A DNA stretch of 64,000 bases from Bacilli bacterium (GCA_047973085.1 JBKEBI010000070.1:1338-65337); one strand, 5' to 3'. Shown: positions 44,101 through 52,808, numbered from the stretch's first letter. Program-made: numbers and translations. Notes: generated by a model from the sequence alone, not told the origin.

Positions 44101-44235
44101 AGAAGTTAATTTTTTATTGCTAATCATAATAAAAAGTTTATTATTTATTATATTCAAATATGTTTTTTTATCTTCTTTTATATAATATTCAAAATAATAA
44201 TCTTTTACATATATTCTTATAAATACTTGACTCAT
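41149..44235 (-). CDS. essC: FtsK/SpoIIIE-family ATPase of type VII secretion (EssC/YukB-like), short 1028-aa form
   Basis: N-terminal FHA-like region, two TM helices (IIPPVIMVVVMILLSFF ... MIIFMLASSISTV), Walker A GMTGSGKS, Walker B IIIDEFAEV, and a second P-loop GKMQSGKS. Directly downstream of WXG100 and YukD-like genes. Confidence 0.8.
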   Translation of the reverse strand: MSQVFIRIYVKDYYFEYYIKEDKKTYLNIINNKLFIMISNKKLTSNFIFENNFKLNKLYYIEKYLFFYVIGCIGNRICIKKEKFKLNEIILTTSDVEINLEKKYIKFTSPVYVENKFYEQGEFYFNGSLSICTGVYKFIIDQNLVFLNQKGKYKGNSYFIYNELDTIKKDYESKFDYEFNYNDTLQLFQENISRYIIPPVIMVVVMILLSFFTRRSSMIIFMLASSISTVSASLVMYFKQKRKVEYYNRFVQQNFDLALNKLFLIIKKDLRKNYLITEFKLIKQKNMCIGYILKPINVNARITEKNLKIHFTQKVKELGSFHFKIYLKQITFVGKYATLFLHNLLLSIINCDFYQRIIFIGNFSRYDFIVNAEYYSMNNFSFYKNFKGCIIVCNVNINLSNFMNDNKVIYLDVKDMTDDILEVNNLFRNRFITKTGVFYLYSYITLNSRILYIYEKKIIFNSSKKINFIKFGIRLSENYVLDIENKGPHGLIVGMTGSGKSVLLLQIIMEIALHYTPEEAVIGIIDFKGDSLISKVISLAHIASVFSNLSGNYENVLASIKSELIYRQKLFSKYGISEYNEINNHFKLPRLFIIIDEFAEVKKNLGNIIEEIESIARVGRSLGIFLILSLQKSSGILTEQLKSNINYKICLKVNSVQDSIEVIGSKEAAYFSFSGEAIVSVNNYNTYIKVFNCLDFKKSNVVINGADEFSTTILNDNIFNLNLKYQKTDYVIWKSFPVEESNKVLLNFSDRKNFTEYEISHDNYLIIGKMQSGKSELIKTIISKFDGCIIYFGKDDSFINKVDIYVDTDTQIEIFISYAKTLKVNTYFIIDGFELFTSELLLSFIEECGYRRYDNIRIIITALGISGRLSRLIKIFDNKFMLSVSDPGELFTLFYKKQSKTDFLIGEGICLYGNDVVEFKNYLSHLKPSKKKFAISKEDNYLYLRDFSKVCVSDVVLIYDDFVSGNFYKSFYYRDVNSKVLSEIKNRIIITNTEKFEYNFKRTRIIDKMMFDVVNDEAIIVTKKINCK

Positions 44236-44435
44236 AGAAAGATAACATCTCCAGTTCTAATATCAGTATCATAAATTAGCTTGCTTACATCATAGTAGCA
44301 ATCATTAAATAAGCTATAAACATACTTATTTTCTACTCCAAAAATTTTACATATTTCAGAAATTGTAGCAAAAATATTGCAATCTATGCAATATTTTTTA
44401 CCATCCACAATAGCATCAATAAATATTCTATCCAA
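44232..44435 (-). CDS. esaB: YukD/EsaB-like small ubiquitin-fold protein
   Basis: 67 aa ending in the TGDVIFL ubiquitin-like C-terminus. Lies between the WXG100 and essC genes and is translationally coupled to both. Confidence 0.5.
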   Translation of the reverse strand: MDRIFIDAIVDGKKYCIDCNIFATISEICKIFGVENKYVYSLFNDCYYDVSKLIYDTDIRTGDVIFL

Positions 44436-44706
44436 GAATTGTTTTATCGACTTCAGAAATAGATTCTGCTGTATGTTTAATTACTCTACTAGTTTCTAAG
44501 ATAACTTCTTTTAGTCTTAAAATTGATGGCTTTACCTCTAAATAATTTTTTTCAAATTTATTTGCTGAAGCTCCTTCCCAATATGTTTGTAATTCAATAA
44601 GCATATTATCCAAATTTCTCACCATTTCTTCAACATTATCTGACTGCCTTTCATATTTAATTGCAACTGCTAGCATCTGTTCCACATCTAATTTAATTCT
44701 ACTCAT
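44428..44706 (-). CDS. esxA: WXG100-family (ESAT-6-like) secreted protein
   Basis: 92 aa helical hairpin with a central W-x-G (LQTYWEGASANKF). Confidence 0.8.
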   Translation of the reverse strand: MSRIKLDVEQMLAVAIKYERQSDNVEEMVRNLDNMLIELQTYWEGASANKFEKNYLEVKPSILRLKEVILETSRVIKHTAESISEVDKTILG

Positions 44707-44781
44707 TTTATCATCTCCTCACTAAATATGTTCTGTATTATTATTTCATTTCCTACAAAAAAAAGAAGTTATATATAACTT

Positions 44782-45585
44782 CTAATCAAAAGTAAGTAAA
44801 AACTCACCTACTGCACCTTCCTCATTGGTTTTATTTAAAATAATATTTCCAACACTTTTTAATTTATGAGTAGCGTTTTTCATAACCACCCCATTGTTAC
44901 ATTCTTTAATCATTTCATAATCATTATTTGCATCACCAAATGTATAAATATCTTCATTTTTAATACCATATAACTTTGCTACTTCACAGACTGCATGCCA
45001 CTTATTAGTATTATCAGGATTTACCTCAATATATGATTCATGATAGTTACCATCCCAACTATTGAAATCTTGCTCTGGAAATTTATTTTTTATATCTTTT
45101 CTAACTTTTTCTACCATATTATTGCGAACTATTAATGCAATGGAATTTACATTTATGTCATTATTTAATTCTTTTACATCAACTCCGCATCCAGTCATCA
45201 TTAACTTTTCAATAACCAACTCATGATATTTGTGAACATATATTTGATTGTTCGCATAATAATATATATTTTCAATGTTATCATGTATAGTAGGTGATAA
45301 AATATACTCTATTAATTCTTTCTTAACACATCTGCTCCACCCAATATAATTTCTATTGCTTGGATTATTTAAAATAGAGCCGTTAGATGTAATTAAAAAT
45401 GTATCCATATTTAATTCATTATAAAAATTTATGCATGCACATTCTGCTCTACCAGTAGCAATAACCACTTTATGTCCAAGTGACGTTACATGTTTGACCC
45501 CTTCAATTGTTTTGGGATGAAGAGTAACAAAATTTAATAATGCAGTTCCATCTAAATCAATTACAAATAGTTTCGTATTTTTCAT
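44782..45585 (-). CDS. Cof-type HAD-IIB phosphatase
   Basis: FVIDLDGTALLN DxD motif and GDANNDYEMI motif IV. Confidence 0.8.
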   Translation of the reverse strand: MKNTKLFVIDLDGTALLNFVTLHPKTIEGVKHVTSLGHKVVIATGRAECACINFYNELNMDTFLITSNGSILNNPSNRNYIGWSRCVKKELIEYILSPTIHDNIENIYYYANNQIYVHKYHELVIEKLMMTGCGVDVKELNNDINVNSIALIVRNNMVEKVRKDIKNKFPEQDFNSWDGNYHESYIEVNPDNTNKWHAVCEVAKLYGIKNEDIYTFGDANNDYEMIKECNNGVVMKNATHKLKSVGNIILNKTNEEGAVGEFLLTFD

Positions 45586-45586
45586 T

Positions 45587-46111
45587 TTATTCTCCTATCT
45601 TTACAGCCAAAATATATGGCGAATTTACCCTGTTAATAAATTGATATTTTAATACATCATGCTTTTTATCAATCTTTGATAAAAACTTTTCTAATTCTCT
45701 TGCTTCTTCACCTTCATCATGACCAGTATAAACAACTATAACAATTATTCCATTCTTAATTATAGACAGCAACGACTCTACTGCTTTAATAGTAGAATTA
45801 AAATTAGTTGTAATGGCGTGATCAAAATTTGGTAAATAACCTAAATTAAAAATTGCTCCACTACATTCAGTTACAAAATCTCCTACTCTTTCATGTGAAG
45901 CCAAGATTAATTCATAATTACTATAGTCCCCTAATTTATTTCTTGTAGCTTCAACCGCTATTTCTTGTATATCAAATCCATATACATATTTAAAGTTCTG
46001 GCACAAGAATAATGTATCATGTCCATTTCCAATAGTGGCATCTACAACAATATCTTCTTTTTTTAAATTTTCAATCAGTAATTGTTTTGAAAAACTTAAA
46101 ACATTTTTCAT
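45587..46111 (-). CDS. Putative rRNA/tRNA SAM-dependent methyltransferase (YtqB-like)
   Basis: VVDATIGNGHDTLFL SAM-binding motif; about 175 aa; paired with the ytqA-like radical SAM gene as in Bacillus. Confidence 0.65.
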   Translation of the reverse strand: MKNVLSFSKQLLIENLKKEDIVVDATIGNGHDTLFLCQNFKYVYGFDIQEIAVEATRNKLGDYSNYELILASHERVGDFVTECSGAIFNLGYLPNFDHAITTNFNSTIKAVESLLSIIKNGIIVIVVYTGHDEGEEARELEKFLSKIDKKHDVLKYQFINRVNSPYILAVKIGE

Positions 46112-47049
46112 TCTTTTCCCTCGCAAACTAATTTACCTTGAAATGTAAAATTATTTTTTTGATATTTATCTATTTCATTTAAAGTAATAAATTTTTTATT
46201 AACCCATTGTGGAGCAACTAACATTTCTTGTGGTACATCTCCTCCAATTCTAAAAATGACTACTTTAGAAGGAATTAGTTCTAGCTGCTTACAAGTAATA
46301 TCAACAAATTCTTCTCTACTTAAAACATTAAAATTATTTTCATTATATAAATACTCTAAAGCAGTTCCTTTTATTATGTGCATCATATGGATTTTAACTC
46401 CATCTACTCCAACATTTACAATATCTTTTATAGTATTCAACATATCATCTTCTGTTTCATTAAAAATTCCATTTATAATGTGAGTACACACTTTTATTTT
46501 TGCTTTTCTCAATTTTTTTACACAAGATATATACTCATTAAAAGTATGTCCTCTATTTAAAAACCTTGCAGTTTCATCATTAGTTGACTGCAATCCAAGT
46601 TCTATCCAAAAATCACACCTTAATGATAATTCTTGAAAATACGTAATCATTTCATCACTAATACAATCTGGTCTAGTCGCTATATGTAGCCCAACTACAT
46701 TATCTTGTTTTAAAATTATTTCATAATATGTTTTTAACTTATCTAAACTACCATATGTATTGGAAAATGCTTGAAAATATCCAACATAATAAGAATCAGG
46801 CCATTTTTTTAATCTTTGATTCTTTATTTGATTAAACTGTTTTACTAGGTTATCACGAGGGTTACCAGCAGTTTCTCCACTACCTTCACTACTGCAAAAA
46901 ATACACCCCCCACTACCTTTAGTTCCATCTCTATTTGGACAAGTAAAATCAGCATTTAAATTAACTTTAAATACTTTTTTACCAAATTTACTCTTAAAAT
47001 AGTAACTTAGAGTATGATATCTTTTATTATCACTTGAATACATAAACAT
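46108..47049 (-). CDS. Radical SAM protein, YtqA/TIGR01212 family
   Basis: 313 aa; the CPNRDGTKGSGGCIFCS cluster region is typical of the family. Confidence 0.75.
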   Translation of the reverse strand: MFMYSSDNKRYHTLSYYFKSKFGKKVFKVNLNADFTCPNRDGTKGSGGCIFCSSEGSGETAGNPRDNLVKQFNQIKNQRLKKWPDSYYVGYFQAFSNTYGSLDKLKTYYEIILKQDNVVGLHIATRPDCISDEMITYFQELSLRCDFWIELGLQSTNDETARFLNRGHTFNEYISCVKKLRKAKIKVCTHIINGIFNETEDDMLNTIKDIVNVGVDGVKIHMMHIIKGTALEYLYNENNFNVLSREEFVDITCKQLELIPSKVVIFRIGGDVPQEMLVAPQWVNKKFITLNEIDKYQKNNFTFQGKLVCEGKE

Positions 47050-47151
47050 ACAATCACCATCTTAATTATACACAAAAAAACTATAAATATCAAAAGAAAA
47101 TAAATTAAAAAGAGTTAACTTCGCTAAAAGTTAACCCCATACAGTATAAAC

Positions 47152-47805
47152 TTAATTCATTGCATAAAATGCCTTTAATTCACTAAAATATAAATTTAAA
47201 TTTTCAACTATATCTTCAAGCTCTAGCTCATTTTCATCAGCTGAGTTAAACTTTGATAAAGTATTTTTTTCTACATTATACAAGTATTGATTATAATATA
47301 TTTCTAATTCTAATTCCTCAGTATTACACTCATCAATACTACAATCAACATAAATTTTTTCTTCAATTAAAAGCGTATATTCATGATTATTATATATACT
47401 TATTATAAATTCAGTTTCATCATTATTTATTTTAGTAATAAAATTAGTACTATTATTTAAATTTTGATCATAGTCCTTTGAAAAATAATATGTTTCAATG
47501 GGATTTTCTACTTTATCATATTTATTTTCAATTGTTTCCTTACTAACTTTTACAAATGAATATTTATTCATAAAAGTACTGGGTTCATATATGCTATAAG
47601 AATTTGCATATGCAACTTCTTCTAAATCATCTATTTCTCTTTTTTCATTATAGATATAATTTAAAACCTCTATTCTAGAATCAGTTTCTGTTTGACTAAC
47701 GTCACTGCTATTTTTAGTGCTGAGCACATAAAATCCGACTGCTAATAAAATAAAAGCTACTACCAAACCTTGTATAATTATCATTTTTTTATTAATTTTT
47801 TTCAT
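47152..47805 (-). CDS. Membrane-anchored hypothetical protein
   Basis: N-terminal TM helix (IIIQGLVVAFILLAVGFYVL) and an acidic, low-complexity ectodomain. Confidence 0.35.
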   Translation of the reverse strand: MKKINKKMIIIQGLVVAFILLAVGFYVLSTKNSSDVSQTETDSRIEVLNYIYNEKREIDDLEEVAYANSYSIYEPSTFMNKYSFVKVSKETIENKYDKVENPIETYYFSKDYDQNLNNSTNFITKINNDETEFIISIYNNHEYTLLIEEKIYVDCSIDECNTEELELEIYYNQYLYNVEKNTLSKFNSADENELELEDIVENLNLYFSELKAFYAMN

Positions 47806-47953
47806 TTAGTTTAGTCCCCATTTCAATTTTTATCCAAATATACTTTAACATATTTTCACAAAAATAACAAACAATCCGTCTAATTAATTTAAATCATTGA
47901 TTTTAATAATTTCTTAACATATAATAATATATAGATATATTTGGAGGTTAAAA

Positions 47954-48189
47954 TGACTGACTTTAATAAAGTAGAATTTATAACAAATAAAAATATAAAA
48001 TACCATGTAACATTACTAACAAATTTATTTTTTGGTATGTTTGGAGTTCATCGTATTATAAATAAGAAATTTATTAGCGGATTTATTATGCTTGGAATCG
48101 GCGTTTTTTCATCAATTTTATGGTTGATATCACTATTTGTTGATTCAACACTATTTACAACGATAACAATAGGATTTAATCAGCAATAA
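47954..48189 (+). CDS. TM2-domain small membrane protein
   Basis: FGMFGVHRIINKKFISGFIMLGIG matches the TM2 G-x-x-G-x-HRF motif. GGAGG SD lies before the ATG at 47954. Confidence 0.5.
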
Positions 48190-48191
48190 AT

Positions 48192-48899
48192 ATGTGGAAA
48201 CTAATTGATTTATCCTTAATATTAACAAAAAATTTTAAGAATAAAAATGGAGAATATATTACTATCAACAAGCCCTTTTGGAAAATTTGGAGTAATATTT
48301 TATCAATCTGCATAATTATCCTTTCACTTTTGATTACTAGCATTGCTGGATTTGTTATAGTTATTAAAAATGTTACATACAATAGTAAGTATATAGCTGA
48401 AGAAGTAGAGGCATGTTTAAATGATCCAGAAAATGTAAACGTACTAAAAAATGAGAAAGCTATAGCTTCATTTTTTGAAAATAAGGGATATGATGAAATA
48501 GAAAGTAGTTTCCCTTATGAAAAAAAATTTCAGAATAAGATTGATAAAGATATTTTTTTAGAGTTTTCTTACTATATAAACTATGATAAGACAATTACAT
48601 GTAATGTTAGAATGTTATATACTGCTGATGAAGATTATATAGTAACACTATACCCTATTAGTTCTGAATCCGACTTTTCTAATAAGTCGAGTATTTATGT
48701 AAACTTAAGTGCAAGTTATGATGAGTATATAGTCGTTCATGCAAATCCAAACGAATTAGTTTACATCTCCGTAAATAATGGTAGTGATTATGAAAGTATT
48801 TCTAATAATAAATTTGAAAATAAGTATGAAAAAGAATATAACTTAACAATCGATGCTATTGATATTTTTACAATAGAATACTCTAATATTATTAAATAA
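48192..48899 (+). CDS. Membrane-anchored hypothetical protein
   Basis: N-terminal TM helix followed by a ~170-aa domain of unknown function; translationally coupled to the TM2 gene. Confidence 0.35.
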   Translation: MWKLIDLSLILTKNFKNKNGEYITINKPFWKIWSNILSICIIILSLLITSIAGFVIVIKNVTYNSKYIAEEVEACLNDPENVNVLKNEKAIASFFENKGYDEIESSFPYEKKFQNKIDKDIFLEFSYYINYDKTITCNVRMLYTADEDYIVTLYPISSESDFSNKSSIYVNLSASYDEYIVVHANPNELVYISVNNGSDYESISNNKFENKYEKEYNLTIDAIDIFTIEYSNIIK

Positions 48900-48943
48900 A
48901 TATACAATATCTTGATAAAAGATTCTTCCATACGAAGAATCTT

Positions 48944-49495
48944 TTAAATTGTTTCATCTAGTTTTATACTACAAATAATAATATATCCTTTATTTATAAT
49001 GCACTCTAATTCAAAACTATCCTCATATATTAATAAACTATCTTCTTTTAATATATTATACTCAACATTATTAATAATAACTCTACAATCCTCACTAGCA
49101 TAAATAATATAGTGATTATAGCTATTAAATAACATTTTAAAGTTATTTTTTTTAATTTGCATATCACATTCTAAATTTTTTTTACAAATTAAATTAAAAT
49201 CAATACAAATTCCTTTACTATTTGTTTCTACATCTCCATCAAATTTATATGGTACTAAAGGAGAAATAATGGTGTCATTTAAGGTAATACTATTGTCAAG
49301 AGTTGTAATAAATCTTTGGTAATTATTATATTTAGTAAACTTTGAATCTATATTGACTGTTGCACTAGAAATACGATAAATAAAGTTTTGATTAACAACT
49401 TGTGCAGAATTTGGATAAATAGTTATCTGACTAGTTTCTCCCCCTACCCACTTTGACTTAATATAATCATTTTTATAAACTTTCAGTATATTCAT
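48944..49495 (-). CDS. Hypothetical protein, possibly HutD/Ves-like cupin
   Basis: N-terminal KWVGGETSQITIYP resembles the HutD W-x-NGGG-T-x-EI motif. This is a weak call. Confidence 0.3.
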   Translation of the reverse strand: MNILKVYKNDYIKSKWVGGETSQITIYPNSAQVVNQNFIYRISSATVNIDSKFTKYNNYQRFITTLDNSITLNDTIISPLVPYKFDGDVETNSKGICIDFNLICKKNLECDMQIKKNNFKMLFNSYNHYIIYASEDCRVIINNVEYNILKEDSLLIYEDSFELECIINKGYIIICSIKLDETI

Positions 49496-50251
49496 ATTAA
49501 TCTCCTTTAAATTTAACCTGTTTCAAGAATTATACCATATAATAATATTTATTAATATATAACTATATAAAAAATCATCACACTACTTATCATAATGAGA
49601 TGATTATTATATATTTCAATTAAATTTATTATATTTGTAAATATGTTCTCTAATAACAATTTAAGCAATGTTAAGGCTTGGAAAAAGCAAACTACAATAA
49701 TTACACTATTTTCAAAGAGTTTTTCTAATATATATGTATGTTACTTGTTAGAAATAAAAATTACACATGACAACATTTTTCTCATCTCGGCATAATGAGT
49801 TATTCTTATTTGTTTATTTTCATATTCAACAAGCATAAACCCATATATTATTTTGTTGAAATACAACACATAATTACCCTATTGCTTTATAATTATATTT
49901 GCAATACCTTTTCTATCAAAATATAATCATATACATAATAAATCACTCTATTTAGTGTCGGCATCATAGCCACCAGTATGCCGGTTTATTATGTTATGAA
50001 AATAAATATATGAAAGAACTATGTAGTAATTTTAAACTTTGTGAGACAATCATAGATAAAATTATTTATAAACCCCATTTACCAATGTATACTTCATCAT
50101 ATTTGGATGAACAACATTTCTGTTTTTATAGTTGATTTTATAATTCATATTAAGTTTTACTAAGCGTTACTTTCCCCTAACCATCAACGTATACAATTTT
50201 ACAAGAGTTTTAACTAAATATCAATATTTAGCGCATATCATGCACTTTTGG

Positions 50252-50280
50252 GTACATATCTTGCATTTTTTGTACACTTC
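50252..50280 (+). promoter_or_regulatory. Direct repeats GTACATATC / GTACACTTC (20-bp period): candidate LytTR-regulator binding box
   Basis: Two 9-bp imperfect direct repeats sit immediately upstream of the -35 of the kinase promoter. This geometry resembles AgrA/ComE-type boxes. Confidence 0.35.
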
Positions 50281-50294
50281 TTATACATGTAATA

Positions 50295-50324
50295 TTGACA
50301 TAGGTATATATAAGGATATATAAT
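50295..50324 (+). promoter_or_regulatory. Sigma-A-type promoter of the AgrC/AgrA-like operon
   Basis: -35 TTGACA (50295-50300), an 18-bp spacer and -10 TATAAT (50319-50324). An AGAGGTGA SD follows, then the ATG at 50346. Confidence 0.55.
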
Positions 50325-50345
50325 TATTACAGAAGTAGAGGTGAT

Positions 50346-51719
50346 ATGATGACTAATTTTATAGTGTTTTATACAGTGTCATTTATATTAGAATACCTTA
50401 TTATATATTTAACAATTGGTCGGAATTTTTATCTAGTAAAAAAGCTTAAATTTAACAGTTACATAAAAATTATAATATTAATAGTATTAAGCATTTTTAT
50501 TAGAACACTTACTTCTATGAATGGGGTCCCCCATTTTATAAATATTATTACATTTATATTATTATTTATATATTTACTAATTTTATCAAAAAATTCATTT
50601 AAGTCAGCATTTTATTGGATAGTAATGACTTCATTTATTATATTTATTTCAGAAGTTTTTGTATTTATGATTGATAATATATTTATAGATAAAACCTTTC
50701 TTTCATCTTCTATGATAATTCGCATAAATACTACAGAACGCTTTATTAAACTATTTATACTTATGCTTGCTTCAAAGTTAGTAATATATATTTTATTAAA
50801 ACTGTTTACATCTCTTGTTTTAGAAAAAAAATCTATTCTTCAAAACTATAGTGTAGAATTTAGAATAATCATTGCAATTATGTTTATGCTTTTATTATTT
50901 ATAGCAATTGTTCAATTAAATTTAAGAGGATTTCTTAAAAACCCCATTATATTTATCAACTTATTTATAATAATATTATTTAGCTTATCAATACTATTTT
51001 TATTCTTATTTTTAAGAATAGCTAAGACTGCAGATGAACATATTAAAAGACAAAAGCTTGTAGAAACTCTCGAAAATAAAATCAAATTAAATAATACTAT
51101 TGAAACTGCTGAAGCTAATTTAAAAGCACTTAGGCACAATTTTTCCAATATATTTACAGTAATAACTGGACTTTTAAATCTTCAAGAATATTCTAAACTT
51201 AAAGAATATATTAATGAAATTAATGATGATATATATGATGCACATAAAATTGTTTTTTTAGCAAATAAACCCTTAGAAATCCTTGTAAATAACAAATTAA
51301 ATATAGCAAAACAACATAATATAAATTTTAAAACAATTATATCAACACACTCAATTACAAATTTTAAGAATAGTGATTTGTGTGACATAATGGGAAATAT
51401 TTGGGATAATGCTATTGATGCTGCTACAGAAGAACAAGGTGTAAAAACTATTATCTCAATAATGAATGTTCAAGATGGAAATTATGTAATAACGTGTGAA
51501 AATCCATACATTATTCCTCCAAATAGAATTGGAAATAAGTTTATTTCCACTAAAGGAGAAAATCGTGGTTTTGGTACGAAAAATGTTAATGCTATTGTAA
51601 AAAAATATAATGGTAACTTAAAATATGAGTTTAGAGATGGAATATGCAATGTATCAATAAAATTTCCTATCAAGAAACTAGATGAAAATAAAATTGAAAT
51701 TATTTTAAATGATGTGTAG
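50346..51719 (+). CDS. AgrC/ComD-type (HPK10) membrane sensor histidine kinase
   Basis: Six or more N-terminal TM helices, a phospho-acceptor H in LRHNFSN, and a C-terminal GHKL region (GENRGFGTKNV). Confidence 0.8.
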   Translation: MMTNFIVFYTVSFILEYLIIYLTIGRNFYLVKKLKFNSYIKIIILIVLSIFIRTLTSMNGVPHFINIITFILLFIYLLILSKNSFKSAFYWIVMTSFIIFISEVFVFMIDNIFIDKTFLSSSMIIRINTTERFIKLFILMLASKLVIYILLKLFTSLVLEKKSILQNYSVEFRIIIAIMFMLLLFIAIVQLNLRGFLKNPIIFINLFIIILFSLSILFLFLFLRIAKTADEHIKRQKLVETLENKIKLNNTIETAEANLKALRHNFSNIFTVITGLLNLQEYSKLKEYINEINDDIYDAHKIVFLANKPLEILVNNKLNIAKQHNINFKTIISTHSITNFKNSDLCDIMGNIWDNAIDAATEEQGVKTIISIMNVQDGNYVITCENPYIIPPNRIGNKFISTKGENRGFGTKNVNAIVKKYNGNLKYEFRDGICNVSIKFPIKKLDENKIEIILNDV

Positions 51720-51728
51720 GTGAGTTGA

Positions 51729-52454
51729 ATGGGGTATAATATACTAATCTGTGAAGATAATAAATATGCATTAAAAATAAATGATTCATACATAAAAAAA
51801 GCGTTAAGTGATATGAAAATAAATGGATGTATTCATACATACACTAATCCAGAAGTATTCTTTAGTGATGCCTCACATTTGGAGTTTGATATAGCATTCC
51901 TCGATATTAGATTTACAAATTCAAAATACTCTGGAGTAGATATTGCAAAAAAATTGAATGAAACAAATGATAATATTGTAATAGCATTTATTACTGGAGA
52001 GACAATTGATGTGACTGAAGCATACGAAGTAAGAGCATTTGATTATATAAAAAAGCCTATTATATGTAGTGACTTTCAATATACTTTTGCTAGAATTATA
52101 AAGCAAGCTGCATCTATAAAACATTATAATAGACCAAACTATATCTATTTAAGAACAAATTATTTGAAACAAAAAATTAGAACATCCGAAATTATTTATA
52201 CTGAAAAAATCGGTCATTCAATTGAAATAAATTTAAAAAATGGCAAAAAAATTATCGCAAACCATAGTACTAAGGAATTATGTGCTATGCTTGATAATAC
52301 ATTTTCAAGACCAAATCAAACAAATATTGTAAATCTAAATTATATAAATTATATTGATAAAAAAAATCTTGTTTTAAAAAATAGTTTAAAGTTAAAAATT
52401 TCAAGACATTTTAATAAGTCATTTATAGAAGATTATAGCAAATTTAATATTTAA
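51729..52454 (+). CDS. LytTR-family response regulator (AgrA/ComE-like)
   Basis: Receiver domain (ILICEDN ... FLDIRF) and a C-terminal LytTR DNA-binding domain. Confidence 0.85.
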   Translation: MGYNILICEDNKYALKINDSYIKKALSDMKINGCIHTYTNPEVFFSDASHLEFDIAFLDIRFTNSKYSGVDIAKKLNETNDNIVIAFITGETIDVTEAYEVRAFDYIKKPIICSDFQYTFARIIKQAASIKHYNRPNYIYLRTNYLKQKIRTSEIIYTEKIGHSIEINLKNGKKIIANHSTKELCAMLDNTFSRPNQTNIVNLNYINYIDKKNLVLKNSLKLKISRHFNKSFIEDYSKFNI

Positions 52455-52548
52455 AACTAGTATATTTATGATTTATAAGTTAGTTATATTTATTTACTAA
52501 AAAAGCATCAATTAGATGCTTAGTTATAATATATTTATAATTTAAATA

Positions 52549-52623
52549 TGGCAGGGGTAACAGGATTTGAACCCGTACTAACGGTTTTGGAGACCGCTGT
52601 GCTACCGTTGACACCATACCCCT
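52549..52623 (-). tRNA. tRNA-Trp (anticodon CCA)
   Basis: Reverse complement reads AGGGGTATGGTGTCAACGGTAGCACAGCGGTCTCCAAAACCGT...TTCAAATCC...TACCCCTGCCA, with a 7-bp acceptor stem and anticodon loop CUCCAAA. Confidence 0.85.
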
Positions 52624-52624
52624 A

Positions 52625-52701
<77 letters not shown>

Positions 52702-52808
52702 ATTGCCTTAATATTATATCATAACAAAAATTAAAATTCCAGTAAAAATTTGAAAAACTTATTTTTTATTTGAAATACCATATTGTATGGTTTTAATCGG
52801 AGGTATTT

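Noticed and set aside
49643-50135. Two small ORFs (50 aa and 41 aa) as AgrD-like autoinducing-peptide precursors
   Set aside because: Neither has a ribosome-binding site. Neither shows the amphipathic leader, Cys-containing core and acidic tail architecture of AgrD, or a GG leader. There is no AgrB. Kept only as a low-confidence idea within the findings.
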